NCBI GenBank assembly: GCA_964514585.1
Contig: CAZETU010000002.1
Location: 32,001-96,000, forward strand
From: Candidatus Woesearchaeota archaeon
GTDB taxonomy: Archaea; Nanobdellota; Nanobdellia; Pacearchaeales; GW2011-AR1
Direction of reading: 5' to 3'
DNA length: 64,000 nt
Each line of letters opens with the position of its first letter. Within the stretch, counting starts at the first letter, position 1. The notes below the pieces were generated by a model. The model made no database searches. It was not told the DNA's origin and saw only the letters and a list, made by a program, of their open reading frames with translations. Shown here piece after piece: positions 1 to 9,674 of this stretch. The position numbers and the translations under genes were made by a program.

Positions 1-492
1 ATTACTGCCGATGATCCTGATGACGTTATTTACGGGGACTTGCTGATTGGTGACGATGAATATTCTTTTACTAATGGGGTGATGGTTTTTAATTATACAT
101 TTGATGTAGCTGGTAATATTCAAATTATTGCAAATTCTGTTAATTCAAGAAGAGTTAGGCAGAGGGATATTTCTAATGTTATGATTATTGATACTATGAA
201 AAATGATGTTTATGTTGCTGCTTGTATTACTAAGCCGGAAGATTTTTTTAATTTTGGAACTGGTAGTGTTAGATTTGAGGCAGGTGCTACTCATGGGATT
301 AATTTTAGTTTGCCGAGTAATTATGAGATGATACCTAAGAAGGATTTAAATTTTTACTGGACTTTCAGCGACGGTAGAGTCAATCATAATGTGGATGGTG
401 CTAATTCTTTGTCTTATAGTTTTTTCAGCAATTACACTTCTGCTGGGGATAATTGGGCTATCCTGGATGTTGATATCAAGGGTTACTTGTAG
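1..492 (+). CDS. Partial (5'-truncated) surface protein, PKD-like C-terminal region
   Basis: Frame is open from base 1 into ORF 40..492; beta-rich acidic sequence with a FYWTFSDG PKD-like motif. Confidence 0.5.
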   Translation: MTADDPDDVIYGDLLIGDDEYSFTNGVMVFNYTFDVAGNIQIIANSVNSRRVRQRDISNVMIIDTMKNDVYVAACITKPEDFFNFGTGSVRFEAGATHGINFSLPSNYEMIPKKDLNFYWTFSDGRVNHNVDGANSLSYSFFSNYTSAGDNWAILDVDIKGYL

Positions 493-539
493 GTTTTTTG
501 ATAAATAAAGTTTATAAACTTGGAAATCATTGTTTTGTT

Positions 540-797
540 ATGAGGTGGACGATTTTAGTGTTGGGCTTATTTCTCGTTAGTATGGTTAGTGCTCAATCTG
601 AGACTCGAGTTGATTTTATTGTTGGAGAAGACGATGGTAGTGTTGAGTCATATGTTTCTAGTTTTGGGTTTTGGGATTTGTATTGGAGTTATGTTCTAGT
701 TTTGGCTGTTGCTTTGGTTGCAGTTGTTGCTATAGTTAAGCTTAAGAAAAAAACGACGAAGAGAAGCAAAAAGATTTCTAAAAAGAAAAAGAGATAG
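540..797 (+). CDS. Small membrane protein: signal peptide, TM helix, Lys-rich tail
   Basis: ATG at 540 (MRWTILVLGL...SAQ); hydrophobic helix followed by KLKKKTTKRSKKISKKKKR. Confidence 0.6.
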   Translation: MRWTILVLGLFLVSMVSAQSETRVDFIVGEDDGSVESYVSSFGFWDLYWSYVLVLAVALVAVVAIVKLKKKTTKRSKKISKKKKR

Positions 798-831
798 TAT
801 TATTTATAAAGTATTGATGCTAATTTATTTT

Positions 832-3483
832 ATGAAAAGAGAGGGGGTATTTTTTGTTTTAATTTTTGTTTTAATGTCATATGTTTCTGCTTCTATTGAT
901 GTTAATAATTATAGTTTGAAAGGGACTTATGCTCCTGGAGACGTTATTTCTGGGACTATTAATTTATCAGTTTTGGATGAATCTTTTGTTTCTTTAATAA
1001 CTTCTAGCATTGGTGATGAGATTCCTTTAAGCGATTTTTTGAGTTTGAATGGTGCATTTTATAGATGTTCTCCTCCTGACTGTGCTAATAATTATGATTA
1101 TTCTGGAGAAGAGTCTACTAAGAGTTCTAATATTGATTCTGAAACGGTTTATGTTGGTTTTGTTTTGACTGGAGAGAGTGTTGCGATAACCGGTCTTGGT
1201 TTTGATATTGCTAGTGATTTTGGGATGGATACTAGGTTACCAATAGCAATCGATTTTTTTGAAGGATTTAATTGGAAGTTTGAGGAATTTTCAGAAGAGT
1301 TTTCTTCTATGAAATGGGGGTGTTATGACCCTTTTAGTCCGACTTTGGGACCGCTTATTAGGACGTCAACTTATTGTGAGATGATTTATCTTCCTGATAC
1401 TAATTCTGTAAGAGCGGGGGCTCATGTTGAGAGAAGCGATACTTTAGATTTGAGAATGGTTATCTATCCCGAAATTGGCGGGGCTTTATTGGGGAGTTGT
1501 GTTTTTAATCCGAATGCTCAAGATAGTTGTGATATAAGTGCGGACTATGATGATATTTTTACTGAAGGATATTATCAGGTTTGTATCGAGGCTCCTGAGC
1601 CTACGAATTATAGATTATATGAAGAGGCCTCTGGTGAAGTTTGTGGCTTTGCGTTTTCTTTAGGTCCTGAGAGCAGTAAAAAGGATTTTTCTATATTTGC
1701 GCAAACAGCTAAGTATGCTGCGGCGAATTCTTTTAGTTCAGAGGATATTGATTTAACTAGTGCTGTAGCTGCGGCTGATATGCTTATTGAAGATAGATAT
1801 AATAGGGATTGTAGTGAAGGTTGTGTTTTGCCAATGGCGATTTCAGGTATTGAACAGAATGTTATCATTTCGAATATTGACTTGGATTATTTAAGGAGGG
1901 CGGAGGATCATCTGGAAGATAATGTTTATGATTTATCTGTTGTTCCTGCTCTTGTGAGTTTTAATGAGGTTCTGGATTTAGAGTTTCTTAATTTTAGTGT
2001 TGTTGAGGATGGTGATTATTCTGTTTATCTTGATGGTATAAAACTTTTCGAAGAGAATATCAGTATTTTCCCTTATCCTATTATTGATTCTCTTGTTCCG
2101 ATAAATCCCCCTGCAGGTATACCGGTTTCTTTTCATGTATCTGTTGACTTCGAGGGGAGTAAGCAGTTAAAGTATAAGTGGGATTTTGGTGATGGTGTTA
2201 CAGAGGAAACTGTCAAGCCTTCGGCTGTTCATAAGTACAACGAAATTAATGATTATGATTTGAGTGTTGAGGTTGTTTATGATAGTAATTATTCTACGAA
2301 GAAAACTTTTCCCATTACTACTATTAGTCCTGCGGAAGCGATTAATGTTTCTCTTTCTCAGAAGAATGAATCTTTGAATAAGGTTTTGAATAAGGTTAAT
2401 CTTTTTCCTTTATGGTATAGAACTGCTTTAAAGAATACTATAAAACTCCCTTTTTATGTTAGTGAGATGACTAGGTTGGCCGAAGAAAGAAGTGAGGCGA
2501 CGAGTGATGAAGATTTTTTTAAGATTGCTTCTGAAGTTTATAACTTAAATATTCCAACAGATGTGATGTCTGATGATTTTTCTAGTCCCGGTCTTTTGAC
2601 AACGTCTGATGAAATTGAGCCGGAAGTTATTGCGGATGTTGGTGGAAGTGTTAGTGGGGAGTTGAATGATTATAGGGATCCTATTTATTCTTGGCAATCA
2701 AGAAATATTGAGGCTGCTTATTCAAGTAGTGAGTTTTCTATTACTCGTTGGGATGGGGAAATTGAGAGTGTTTTTACGATTTATGATTTTAATGTTATGT
2801 CTTATGGCCCTCTTGAGAGTTATTTTGTAATTGATAAGCCTCTTAGTAGTCTGACTTTTGATGGTAGTACTGGTGTTATAACTTCTGGTAGTTCAACTGT
2901 TATTTCTTTAGACGGCGAGAGTCAGAAATCCTTTAGATTTTATTATGAAGGGACAGAAGAATCTTCTTTTTTTGTTAGTCCTGTTTTGAGTTCGCTTGTT
3001 ATTGAGGATAATATTGATACGAGTTGTAACTATAATGGTTTTTGTGAAAAGGATACTGGTGAGGATTATAAGGTTTGTAGGAGTGACTGTAAGCCTACGG
3101 GTAAAATTATTGTTTATATTATTTTGGCGATTTTGTTTGTGTTAGTTGTTTATACTATTTTGCAGATTTGGTATAAGAGGCATTATGAGAGTTATTTGTT
3201 TAAGGATAGAAGACAGTTGTATAATATTTTGATGTATGTGACGAATGCGAGGGTACGGGGAATGAAAGATGGTCAGATTGCGGCTGATTTGAGGAAGCAG
3301 GGCTGGTCTAGGGAGAGGATTGTTTATGTTATTAAGAAATCTCACGGGAAAAGAACTGGTATGTTTGAGATTATTCCGATTGAGTTGGTTGCCGCTTTTT
3401 TTAGAGAGAGAAAGGCTAGAAAGAATATTGCCACTCAGCCTCAACAACAAACGGGAGGAAACATTAATAAATCTGGATATTGA
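832..3483 (+). CDS. Large membrane-anchored surface protein with PKD domain
   Basis: Signal peptide; YKWDFGDG..HKY PKD motif; Cys-rich CNYNGFCE..C...DC module; C-terminal TM helix and short cytoplasmic domain. Confidence 0.75.
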   Translation: MKREGVFFVLIFVLMSYVSASIDVNNYSLKGTYAPGDVISGTINLSVLDESFVSLITSSIGDEIPLSDFLSLNGAFYRCSPPDCANNYDYSGEESTKSSNIDSETVYVGFVLTGESVAITGLGFDIASDFGMDTRLPIAIDFFEGFNWKFEEFSEEFSSMKWGCYDPFSPTLGPLIRTSTYCEMIYLPDTNSVRAGAHVERSDTLDLRMVIYPEIGGALLGSCVFNPNAQDSCDISADYDDIFTEGYYQVCIEAPEPTNYRLYEEASGEVCGFAFSLGPESSKKDFSIFAQTAKYAAANSFSSEDIDLTSAVAAADMLIEDRYNRDCSEGCVLPMAISGIEQNVIISNIDLDYLRRAEDHLEDNVYDLSVVPALVSFNEVLDLEFLNFSVVEDGDYSVYLDGIKLFEENISIFPYPIIDSLVPINPPAGIPVSFHVSVDFEGSKQLKYKWDFGDGVTEETVKPSAVHKYNEINDYDLSVEVVYDSNYSTKKTFPITTISPAEAINVSLSQKNESLNKVLNKVNLFPLWYRTALKNTIKLPFYVSEMTRLAEERSEATSDEDFFKIASEVYNLNIPTDVMSDDFSSPGLLTTSDEIEPEVIADVGGSVSGELNDYRDPIYSWQSRNIEAAYSSSEFSITRWDGEIESVFTIYDFNVMSYGPLESYFVIDKPLSSLTFDGSTGVITSGSSTVISLDGESQKSFRFYYEGTEESSFFVSPVLSSLVIEDNIDTSCNYNGFCEKDTGEDYKVCRSDCKPTGKIIVYIILAILFVLVVYTILQIWYKRHYESYLFKDRRQLYNILMYVTNARVRGMKDGQIAADLRKQGWSRERIVYVIKKSHGKRTGMFEIIPIELVAAFFRERKARKNIATQPQQQTGGNINKSGY

Positions 3484-3495
3484 TTTTTTGTTAGG

Positions 3496-4137
3496 ATGAT
3501 AAAGATAATTAGAAATTTTGCGCGTAGAATTTTTTCTGGTGTTTTCAAAAAAAAAGGGGAGATAAAACTTGGTTTTTATGGTTCTCCAAATGCGGGAAAA
3601 ACTAGCTTGGCTAATAGAATTTGTCAGGATTGGTTGGGGGAGGATTTGGGTTCTGTTTCGAGGATGCCTCATGAAACTAGGGAGATTCAGATTAAAGAAA
3701 AGGTTATTCTCGAGAGAGATGGGAAGAAGATTGAGTTTAAGTTGATTGATACTCCCGGGATTGCGACGAAGATTGATTTTGAGGATTTTATGAAATTTGG
3801 TTTGAAGAAGAAGGAAGCGCAAGATCGAGCAAAGCAGGCGACGCAGGGAATTATTGAATCGATAAAATGGTTGGATGATATGGACGCTGTTATTGTTTTG
3901 ATTGATGCTACGATGAATCCTTATTCTCAGGTTAATATTACGATCATTGGAAATTTGGTAGCGAGGAAGATTCCTGTTTTGGTTGTTGCAAATAAGATAG
4001 ATTTAAAAAAATCAGATATTAAGAAAGTACAGGGGGCATTCCCTGAGTATGAGGTTGTTGGAATCTCTGCTAAAAACGGTGATAATATTGAAGAGTTCTA
4101 TGAAGAACTTTTCAAACTAGTGAAGAAAGTAAAGTAA
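3496..4137 (+). CDS. oapA: Small Era/Ras-like GTPase (OapA/ArvA family)
   Basis: G1 GSPNAGKT, G3 DTPG, G4 NKID, G5 SAK; followed by DUF2073-like and Zn-ribbon genes. Confidence 0.85.
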   Translation: MIKIIRNFARRIFSGVFKKKGEIKLGFYGSPNAGKTSLANRICQDWLGEDLGSVSRMPHETREIQIKEKVILERDGKKIEFKLIDTPGIATKIDFEDFMKFGLKKKEAQDRAKQATQGIIESIKWLDDMDAVIVLIDATMNPYSQVNITIIGNLVARKIPVLVVANKIDLKKSDIKKVQGAFPEYEVVGISAKNGDNIEEFYEELFKLVKKVK

Positions 4138-4138
4138 T

Positions 4139-4564
4139 ATGGTTATGAAAAAAAAGAGTGTGAAGAAGAAGGGCAAGAAGTCTGGAAAGGATTTGACTAT
4201 TCATTTTATGCCTTATTCTGAGATTGCAAAAGAGGATGCGATTGGTAGGATAAAGAAGATAATGGGTTTTGTTTTGGATAGTAAGATTGTGATTTTGCAG
4301 GGAAAGCTTAGACCTGATGAAGAGGCTAGGCTGATTGAGAATTCTATGACTTTGATTGGGAATATTGAGGGGTTTCAAGGAATTGAGATTGCTGGGTTGT
4401 CTGGAGATAATGAGCATCGAGGAATGTTTGAAAGGGTGAGACGGAATATTGCGAAGATTTTGATTGGGGAGCAGGATGCTATTACTATTATTGGGCCGGC
4501 TTCGGTTGTTAAAGAAATGACGAAGGATCCGAGGAAAATCGAATTGATGTTGCAGAGGAAGTAA
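4139..4564 (+). CDS. oapB: DUF2073 family protein (OapB/ArvB)
   Basis: RIKKIM..V..KIVILQGKLRPDEEARLIE..M, ITIIGPA; position directly after the GTPase. Confidence 0.75.
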   Translation: MVMKKKSVKKKGKKSGKDLTIHFMPYSEIAKEDAIGRIKKIMGFVLDSKIVILQGKLRPDEEARLIENSMTLIGNIEGFQGIEIAGLSGDNEHRGMFERVRRNIAKILIGEQDAITIIGPASVVKEMTKDPRKIELMLQRK

Positions 4565-4595
4565 GATTTATTAAGTTTTTATTGTTAGAGTTTTT

Positions 4596-5876
4596 ATGAA
4601 TAAGAGAGGGATATCTGCGATTGTTGCCGTGGTATTGCTTATTTTAATTGTTGTTATAGCGATAGGAGTTCTTTGGTTTTTTATTCTTCCCTTGTTATCT
4701 TTTGATTTTGATTTTGCGAAAATAAGTTTGCTTACAGGTGAGGGGTTTACTTCATACGATTCTATCCATCATGTTTCTTCGATTCAGGTGAAGCGCGGAA
4801 TTGATGAAACTGATTTATCTGGGTTAGAGTTTGTTTTTTCTCTTAATGGAAGTTCTTATACCTATCGTACTTTTTTGACTCCTAATTCTAATATTAAGAA
4901 AGTTTATTATTTTAATTTTTGTAAAGATAATATATTTGGTTTGCCCGAGAGAGTTAGTGTCGCTCCCGTTTATAAAAAAGGGAGGATGGAAAAATTGGGT
5001 AGTATTGTAAGCAGTGATGATATTCCTTTTGGTGATTTTAATCTTGATGGTTTGAATTATTTGGATTCTTTTTCTAATGTTTTGAAAAGTTCCGATTCGC
5101 CCGAAATTAATTTTCCCTCAAAGGAGAATGTTGTTTCTTATTGGAATTTTGAAAACGGAGGGGAGGATCTTTTCGGTGTTAATAATGGTAGGGTTTATGG
5201 GACTGGAGACCTTTCGTTTGAATCTGGTGCGATTGGAAGTTGTAAGTCTGTTGATTTTGGAAGTGGAGGGTTTGTTGTTTCTAATGATTCGATTGATAAT
5301 GGGATGGGGCAAGGAGCGGGCACTGTTTCTGTTTGGTTTAGAAGAGATGGCTATAGTGCTGCTCCTAATAATAGAAATTATATTTTTGCTATGTTTAATT
5401 GGTCGTGTTGGTGGGATGATCCTTCATGTCCTTCTGGAAGTGATAATGTGATTAACAGAGCTTATATTTATTTTAATGATAATAATGATGGACTTGGATG
5501 TGTTGTGGGGGGTGGTTGGAATGATGATTTAGCTTCAGTCCCTTTGAATGAATGGCATATGGTCACTTTAAGCTGGGGAGCAACTTCTGGAGATTTGTTG
5601 GATGGTTCTTATTCTTGTTATCTTGATGGTGCTAAGTTGGGCGATTATGTATATACTGATTTTACTACGCCTAATATTATTAGGTGGGGATCTTGGGCAG
5701 ATGTTCGTGGGGTTGATTCTTCTGGAAAAACTCTTGCAGATAATCCTGCTAATTTTCCCTTGCTTTTTCGGGAATATTTTAATGGAAGAATTGATGAAGG
5801 GGTGATGTTCGATAAGAAATTGACTGATGGAGAAGTTCTTGATTTGTTTTTAGTTTATAACGAAACCGCGAATTGA
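4596..5876 (+). CDS. Class III signal-peptide (pilin-like) protein with C-terminal LamG/ConA-like domain
   Basis: MNKRG|ISAIVAVVLLILI; SYWNFE, WHMVTLSW, FNGRIDE..MFDKKLT LamG motifs. Confidence 0.8.
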   Translation: MNKRGISAIVAVVLLILIVVIAIGVLWFFILPLLSFDFDFAKISLLTGEGFTSYDSIHHVSSIQVKRGIDETDLSGLEFVFSLNGSSYTYRTFLTPNSNIKKVYYFNFCKDNIFGLPERVSVAPVYKKGRMEKLGSIVSSDDIPFGDFNLDGLNYLDSFSNVLKSSDSPEINFPSKENVVSYWNFENGGEDLFGVNNGRVYGTGDLSFESGAIGSCKSVDFGSGGFVVSNDSIDNGMGQGAGTVSVWFRRDGYSAAPNNRNYIFAMFNWSCWWDDPSCPSGSDNVINRAYIYFNDNNDGLGCVVGGGWNDDLASVPLNEWHMVTLSWGATSGDLLDGSYSCYLDGAKLGDYVYTDFTTPNIIRWGSWADVRGVDSSGKTLADNPANFPLLFREYFNGRIDEGVMFDKKLTDGEVLDLFLVYNETAN

Positions 5877-5933
5877 ATTTAAACGCGTTTTTATTAAGCA
5901 AACCTTTATTAATTTTGAGATTTATGTTATAAT

Positions 5934-6302
5934 ATGCCACATCAATGCGTACACTGTTCGAAGATAATCGAGGTCGGGAGTAAGGAGATACTAGAGGGCT
6001 GTGGGAGCTGCGGTGGTAAGTTTTTTTTCTATATTCGTGATGAGCAGGCTGAAAGGATGAAAGAGTCTCAGGCGGTTCCTATCCCGGAGTTTGATACTGT
6101 TGATAAGAAGAAGGTTGAAGAGGATGTTAGGAGTATTTTGAAGATTGAGGATGAGTCGAAACCGGTGATTTTGGATTTGGAGAGTGTTCGGGTTTTGCAG
6201 CCTGGGAAGTTTGAGATTGATATTGTTTCTTTGATAAATCGGAAGCCGATTGTGTTTAAGTTGGAAGAAGGCAAGTATTTGATTGATATTGAAAGTATGT
6301 AG
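5934..6302 (+). CDS. oapC: Zn-ribbon protein DUF2072 (OapC/ArvC)
   Basis: MPHQCVHC..ILEGCGSCGGKFF; ESVRVLQPGKFEIDI; GKYLID. Confidence 0.85.
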   Translation: MPHQCVHCSKIIEVGSKEILEGCGSCGGKFFFYIRDEQAERMKESQAVPIPEFDTVDKKKVEEDVRSILKIEDESKPVILDLESVRVLQPGKFEIDIVSLINRKPIVFKLEEGKYLIDIESM

Positions 6303-6343
6303 TTTATTCTAATTATCTTTAAATAAAGAATTGGTTTTTTGTT

Positions 6344-6982
6344 TTGATGAGTGGCAAGAGAGGCAGTTTTGATTGGGTTCCTTCTTGGGAACAAGGAGTT
6401 AGGAAAGATGAAAGAAAATTTATGACTCCTGATCAGGCAAGAAAGGCCTATGGAGGGGGTGATAATAATGAAGGGCAATGCTCTTATGTTGATGGAAGAG
6501 ATTCTTTGGAGAGGTCTTTAGGTGATGTTCCCAAGAGAGGTGTTATCGGTGAGAACGATACTCAAAAGATATATAAGATTGCGAGCGCTAATTTGGCTGA
6601 GCGAAGGGAGCAAGGCCTTAAGTGTATTAGTTGGAGGCAAGTTGTAAGTAAGGTTCGTAGTGTGTTGCCTCATTTAGAGAGAGCTCCTCTTTCTGGAATC
6701 AAAAATGCTTATCTTAGTATGAGGTCAGATACTGAAAGATGCGGGGGAAGAGATGGTCGGAAAGAGACTTATTTTACGCCTGAGATGCTTGATTGTTTGT
6801 ATGAAATAGGAACTAAGCATGTTGATCCCGAAAGCTCGAAGGGGAGAGTAAAGTATAGACATTGGGGTGCAATTCGTGCAGAATTTATAAAAAAGTACTT
6901 TTTGGCTGCTCAGGCTAGCATGACAACCTTGAGATCTACTTTTCGTAGAGAACAAGGTAAACGGGAAAAGAAGGGTTTGTAA
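6344..6982 (+). CDS. Hypothetical protein
   Basis: 212-aa ORF filling the gap between neighbours, preceded by a TATA-like box; no recognisable motif. Confidence 0.55.
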   Translation: MMSGKRGSFDWVPSWEQGVRKDERKFMTPDQARKAYGGGDNNEGQCSYVDGRDSLERSLGDVPKRGVIGENDTQKIYKIASANLAERREQGLKCISWRQVVSKVRSVLPHLERAPLSGIKNAYLSMRSDTERCGGRDGRKETYFTPEMLDCLYEIGTKHVDPESSKGRVKYRHWGAIRAEFIKKYFLAAQASMTTLRSTFRREQGKREKKGL

Positions 6983-7015
6983 AGTTTAATAAAGTTATTT
7001 TGTGTTTGTTTTTTC

Positions 7016-8137
7016 ATGAAGAAGGGGATATCGGCGATTGTTGCGACTGTGTTGATAATTTTGATAACTGTTTCTGCGGTGACGATTCTTTGGACGGCGG
7101 TTATCCCGATTGTTAGAGATAGTTTGGAATTTCGGGATTTGGATGCTCGGGTTGAGGTTGCGATGAGTGAGGGTTATACTGCTTATGATGCTTCTAGGGA
7201 AGTTGCGATGGTTCAGGTTAGGAGGTATGCTGATGAGGTTGAGATGAATCGAGTTAAGATTTCTTTTGGTATTGAAGGGAATACTTATTCTAATAATGTT
7301 GTTGCGCCTGAAGCTGGGAACACTAAAGTTTATTCTTTTGATTTGTCGGATTATGGTGTTCCCGATTCTGTTAGTGTTGCTCCGATTTTTGTTTCTTCTA
7401 GTGGGAGTGAGAAGGAGGGAGTTGTGACTTCTGAGGTTTCTTTGACTAGCGGAACAATTAATGATGTTCTTGGTGTTGCTTATGGCGTGGAGGGTGATTC
7501 TGATTTAGGTATTCCTGAGGATGGGTTGATTTCTTCTTGGAGTTTTAGTGGAGATGCTACTGATGGAGTTGGAAGTAATGATTGTACTGTTTATGGGGAT
7601 GGAAACGAATTGGTCGATGGAGTTTTGGTTTTGGATGGTTTTGATGATTATGGGGATTGTGGAAATGCTGTAGATTTGACTTTGCCTGTGGAGCAGACGA
7701 TAAGTGCGTGGATTAGTGTTGAGGGACATCCTTCTGCGTGGGCTCGTTTTGTTGGTAAGGGGGCGATTAATATTAGGAATTATGGATTATGGTTGGCTGC
7801 AGATGGAGATATTTTATATCAGCTTTATGCGGGGGCGTCTTATTCTAATTTTTATAATAATGTTGGAGTGGGGGATGCTATGAATTTCCCGGTTGGCTTA
7901 GGTTGGCATCATGTTGTGGGTGTTTACAGTGGGACGAATGGGAAGGTATATATTGATGGAGTTGAAGCTCATTCAAGTGATGATTCTGTTGTTGGACATA
8001 CTTCCAATGAACCTCTTCTTTTGGGTGGTGGAATTCATGAGTTTTTTCATGGTTCAATGGATAATGTTATGGTTTACAACAGAGTGTTATCTGCGGATGA
8101 GGTTTTGAGTATTTATGAAGCGCAATTGAAAGGTTAA
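7016..8137 (+). CDS. Second class III signal-peptide pilin-like protein with LamG domain
   Basis: MKKG|ISAIVATVLIILI; SSWSFSG, WHHVVGVY, FHGSMDNVMVYNRVLS; paralog of 4596..5876. Confidence 0.8.
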   Translation: MKKGISAIVATVLIILITVSAVTILWTAVIPIVRDSLEFRDLDARVEVAMSEGYTAYDASREVAMVQVRRYADEVEMNRVKISFGIEGNTYSNNVVAPEAGNTKVYSFDLSDYGVPDSVSVAPIFVSSSGSEKEGVVTSEVSLTSGTINDVLGVAYGVEGDSDLGIPEDGLISSWSFSGDATDGVGSNDCTVYGDGNELVDGVLVLDGFDDYGDCGNAVDLTLPVEQTISAWISVEGHPSAWARFVGKGAINIRNYGLWLAADGDILYQLYAGASYSNFYNNVGVGDAMNFPVGLGWHHVVGVYSGTNGKVYIDGVEAHSSDDSVVGHTSNEPLLLGGGIHEFFHGSMDNVMVYNRVLSADEVLSIYEAQLKG

Positions 8138-8162
8138 TAAAGTTATTTTATTTTGTGTGATT

Positions 8163-9377
8163 ATGTCTATGAAGAATGTTTTGGCGAATGAGTTGGAGTT
8201 GATTTCCGTTTCGCGGGATGAGGTTTTGGCTTTGGAGAAAGTTGCTCGGGATTTTATTTCTTCTTTGAAGAAGAGGGGTCTTGAGGCTCATGTTGGAGGC
8301 AGTTTGGCGAAGGGGACGCTTGTTAAGAAGGATGTCCAGGACATTGATATTTTTGTTGTTTTTGATTATAGCGAGGATATTTTGAAGTTGGGTGGTGTTT
8401 TGAAAAAGGTTAAGTTGCCTGGGAAATTGAAGAATGTGCATGGGTCGCGGGATTATTTTCAGGTTGATTGTGGGAGTGTTGTTTTGGAGATTATTCCTGT
8501 TGTGAAGAATAAGGATCCGGAGTTGGCGGAGAATGTGACGGATGTTTCGCTTTCGCATGTAAAATATATTAAGAGTGCGACTCGTAAGAATCCTGGAATT
8601 AATGATGAGATAAAGTTGGCGAAGGCGTTTGCTCGAGCTCAGAAGTGTTATGGGGCTGAGAGTTATATTAAGGGGTTTAGTGGTTATTCGTTGGAGGTTT
8701 TGGTTATTCATTATGGGGGATTTGTGAAATTTTTGAAGGGGGTTGGTAAACATAAGGTTGTTGATCCTTTGAAATATTTTCGGGGCGAGAGGGAAGTTTT
8801 GAGTGAGATTAATTCGTCGAAGCTGAATAGTCCGATTGTTTTGGTTGATCCGACTTACAAGTATAGGAATGTTTGTGCGGGTTTGGGGGATGAGACTTTT
8901 GAGAAATTTTTGAAAGTTGCTAAGGCGTTTTTAAAGAATCCGTCTTTGGAGTTTTTTATAATGAAGGATGTTGATATTAGAGGGTTGAAGAATATGAAGG
9001 GAAGATTTGTTGAGGTTGATTTGAAGACTGATCGGCAGGAAGGGGATATTGCTGGGACAAAGATGAGGAAATTTTTTGATTTTTTTGTTAGTGAGTTGGA
9101 GAGGAAGGGACAAAAGGTTTTGAGGAATGAATTTGATTATTCTGGTAAAGGTCAGAAGGCCAAGGGTTATTTGGTTGTCGAGGAGAAAAGTGAGATTGAT
9201 GTTCGGGGGCCGTTGGTTGGGTTGGATGATGCTTTTAAGAATTTTAAGAAATATAAGAAGGGAGTTTTTAAGAAAAAAGGATATTGGTGGTTTAAGGAGA
9301 AAATTTCGGTTGAGAAGGTTTTTGATTTGGTTGAGAAGGTTGAGAAGGAAATGGGTGCTGGTGGGAAATTAGTTTAA
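8163..9377 (+). CDS. cca: Archaeal (class I) CCA-adding tRNA nucleotidyltransferase
   Basis: GGSLAKGT..DIDIF; YGAESYIKGFSGYSLEVL; LVDPT..RNV. Confidence 0.9.
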   Translation: MSMKNVLANELELISVSRDEVLALEKVARDFISSLKKRGLEAHVGGSLAKGTLVKKDVQDIDIFVVFDYSEDILKLGGVLKKVKLPGKLKNVHGSRDYFQVDCGSVVLEIIPVVKNKDPELAENVTDVSLSHVKYIKSATRKNPGINDEIKLAKAFARAQKCYGAESYIKGFSGYSLEVLVIHYGGFVKFLKGVGKHKVVDPLKYFRGEREVLSEINSSKLNSPIVLVDPTYKYRNVCAGLGDETFEKFLKVAKAFLKNPSLEFFIMKDVDIRGLKNMKGRFVEVDLKTDRQEGDIAGTKMRKFFDFFVSELERKGQKVLRNEFDYSGKGQKAKGYLVVEEKSEIDVRGPLVGLDDAFKNFKKYKKGVFKKKGYWWFKEKISVEKVFDLVEKVEKEMGAGGKLV

Positions 9378-9673
9378 TCTATTTTTTCTAGACCTTTTTG
9401 TAATTCCAGATCTTCTCTTTTTAACTCCAGCTTCTTTCTTGTTAATTCTACATATATTTCTGTTGGTAGTCCATCAATTGCTAAATATGCTCTTCCATTT
9501 GGGGTTTGAATGTAGGTATCATTCGGGTCTGTTGCGTTTGGGTCACCGATAATATTTTGTACTTGGGGTTTATATTTTGCAGTAGAATGTTGTTCGTGAA
9601 TTGCAACGCCACTGAGTGTTATTCCTATTCCTAATAGAAGCCCAGTAAAGCTAGAAATTTCGTTCCTTACCAT
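9374..9673 (-). CDS. Hypothetical membrane-anchored protein
   Basis: N-terminal hydrophobic helix; directly downstream of the TrmB gene. Confidence 0.55.
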   Translation of the reverse strand: MVRNEISSFTGLLLGIGITLSGVAIHEQHSTAKYKPQVQNIIGDPNATDPNDTYIQTPNGRAYLAIDGLPTEIYVELTRKKLELKREDLELQKGLEKID

Positions 9674-9674
9674 T

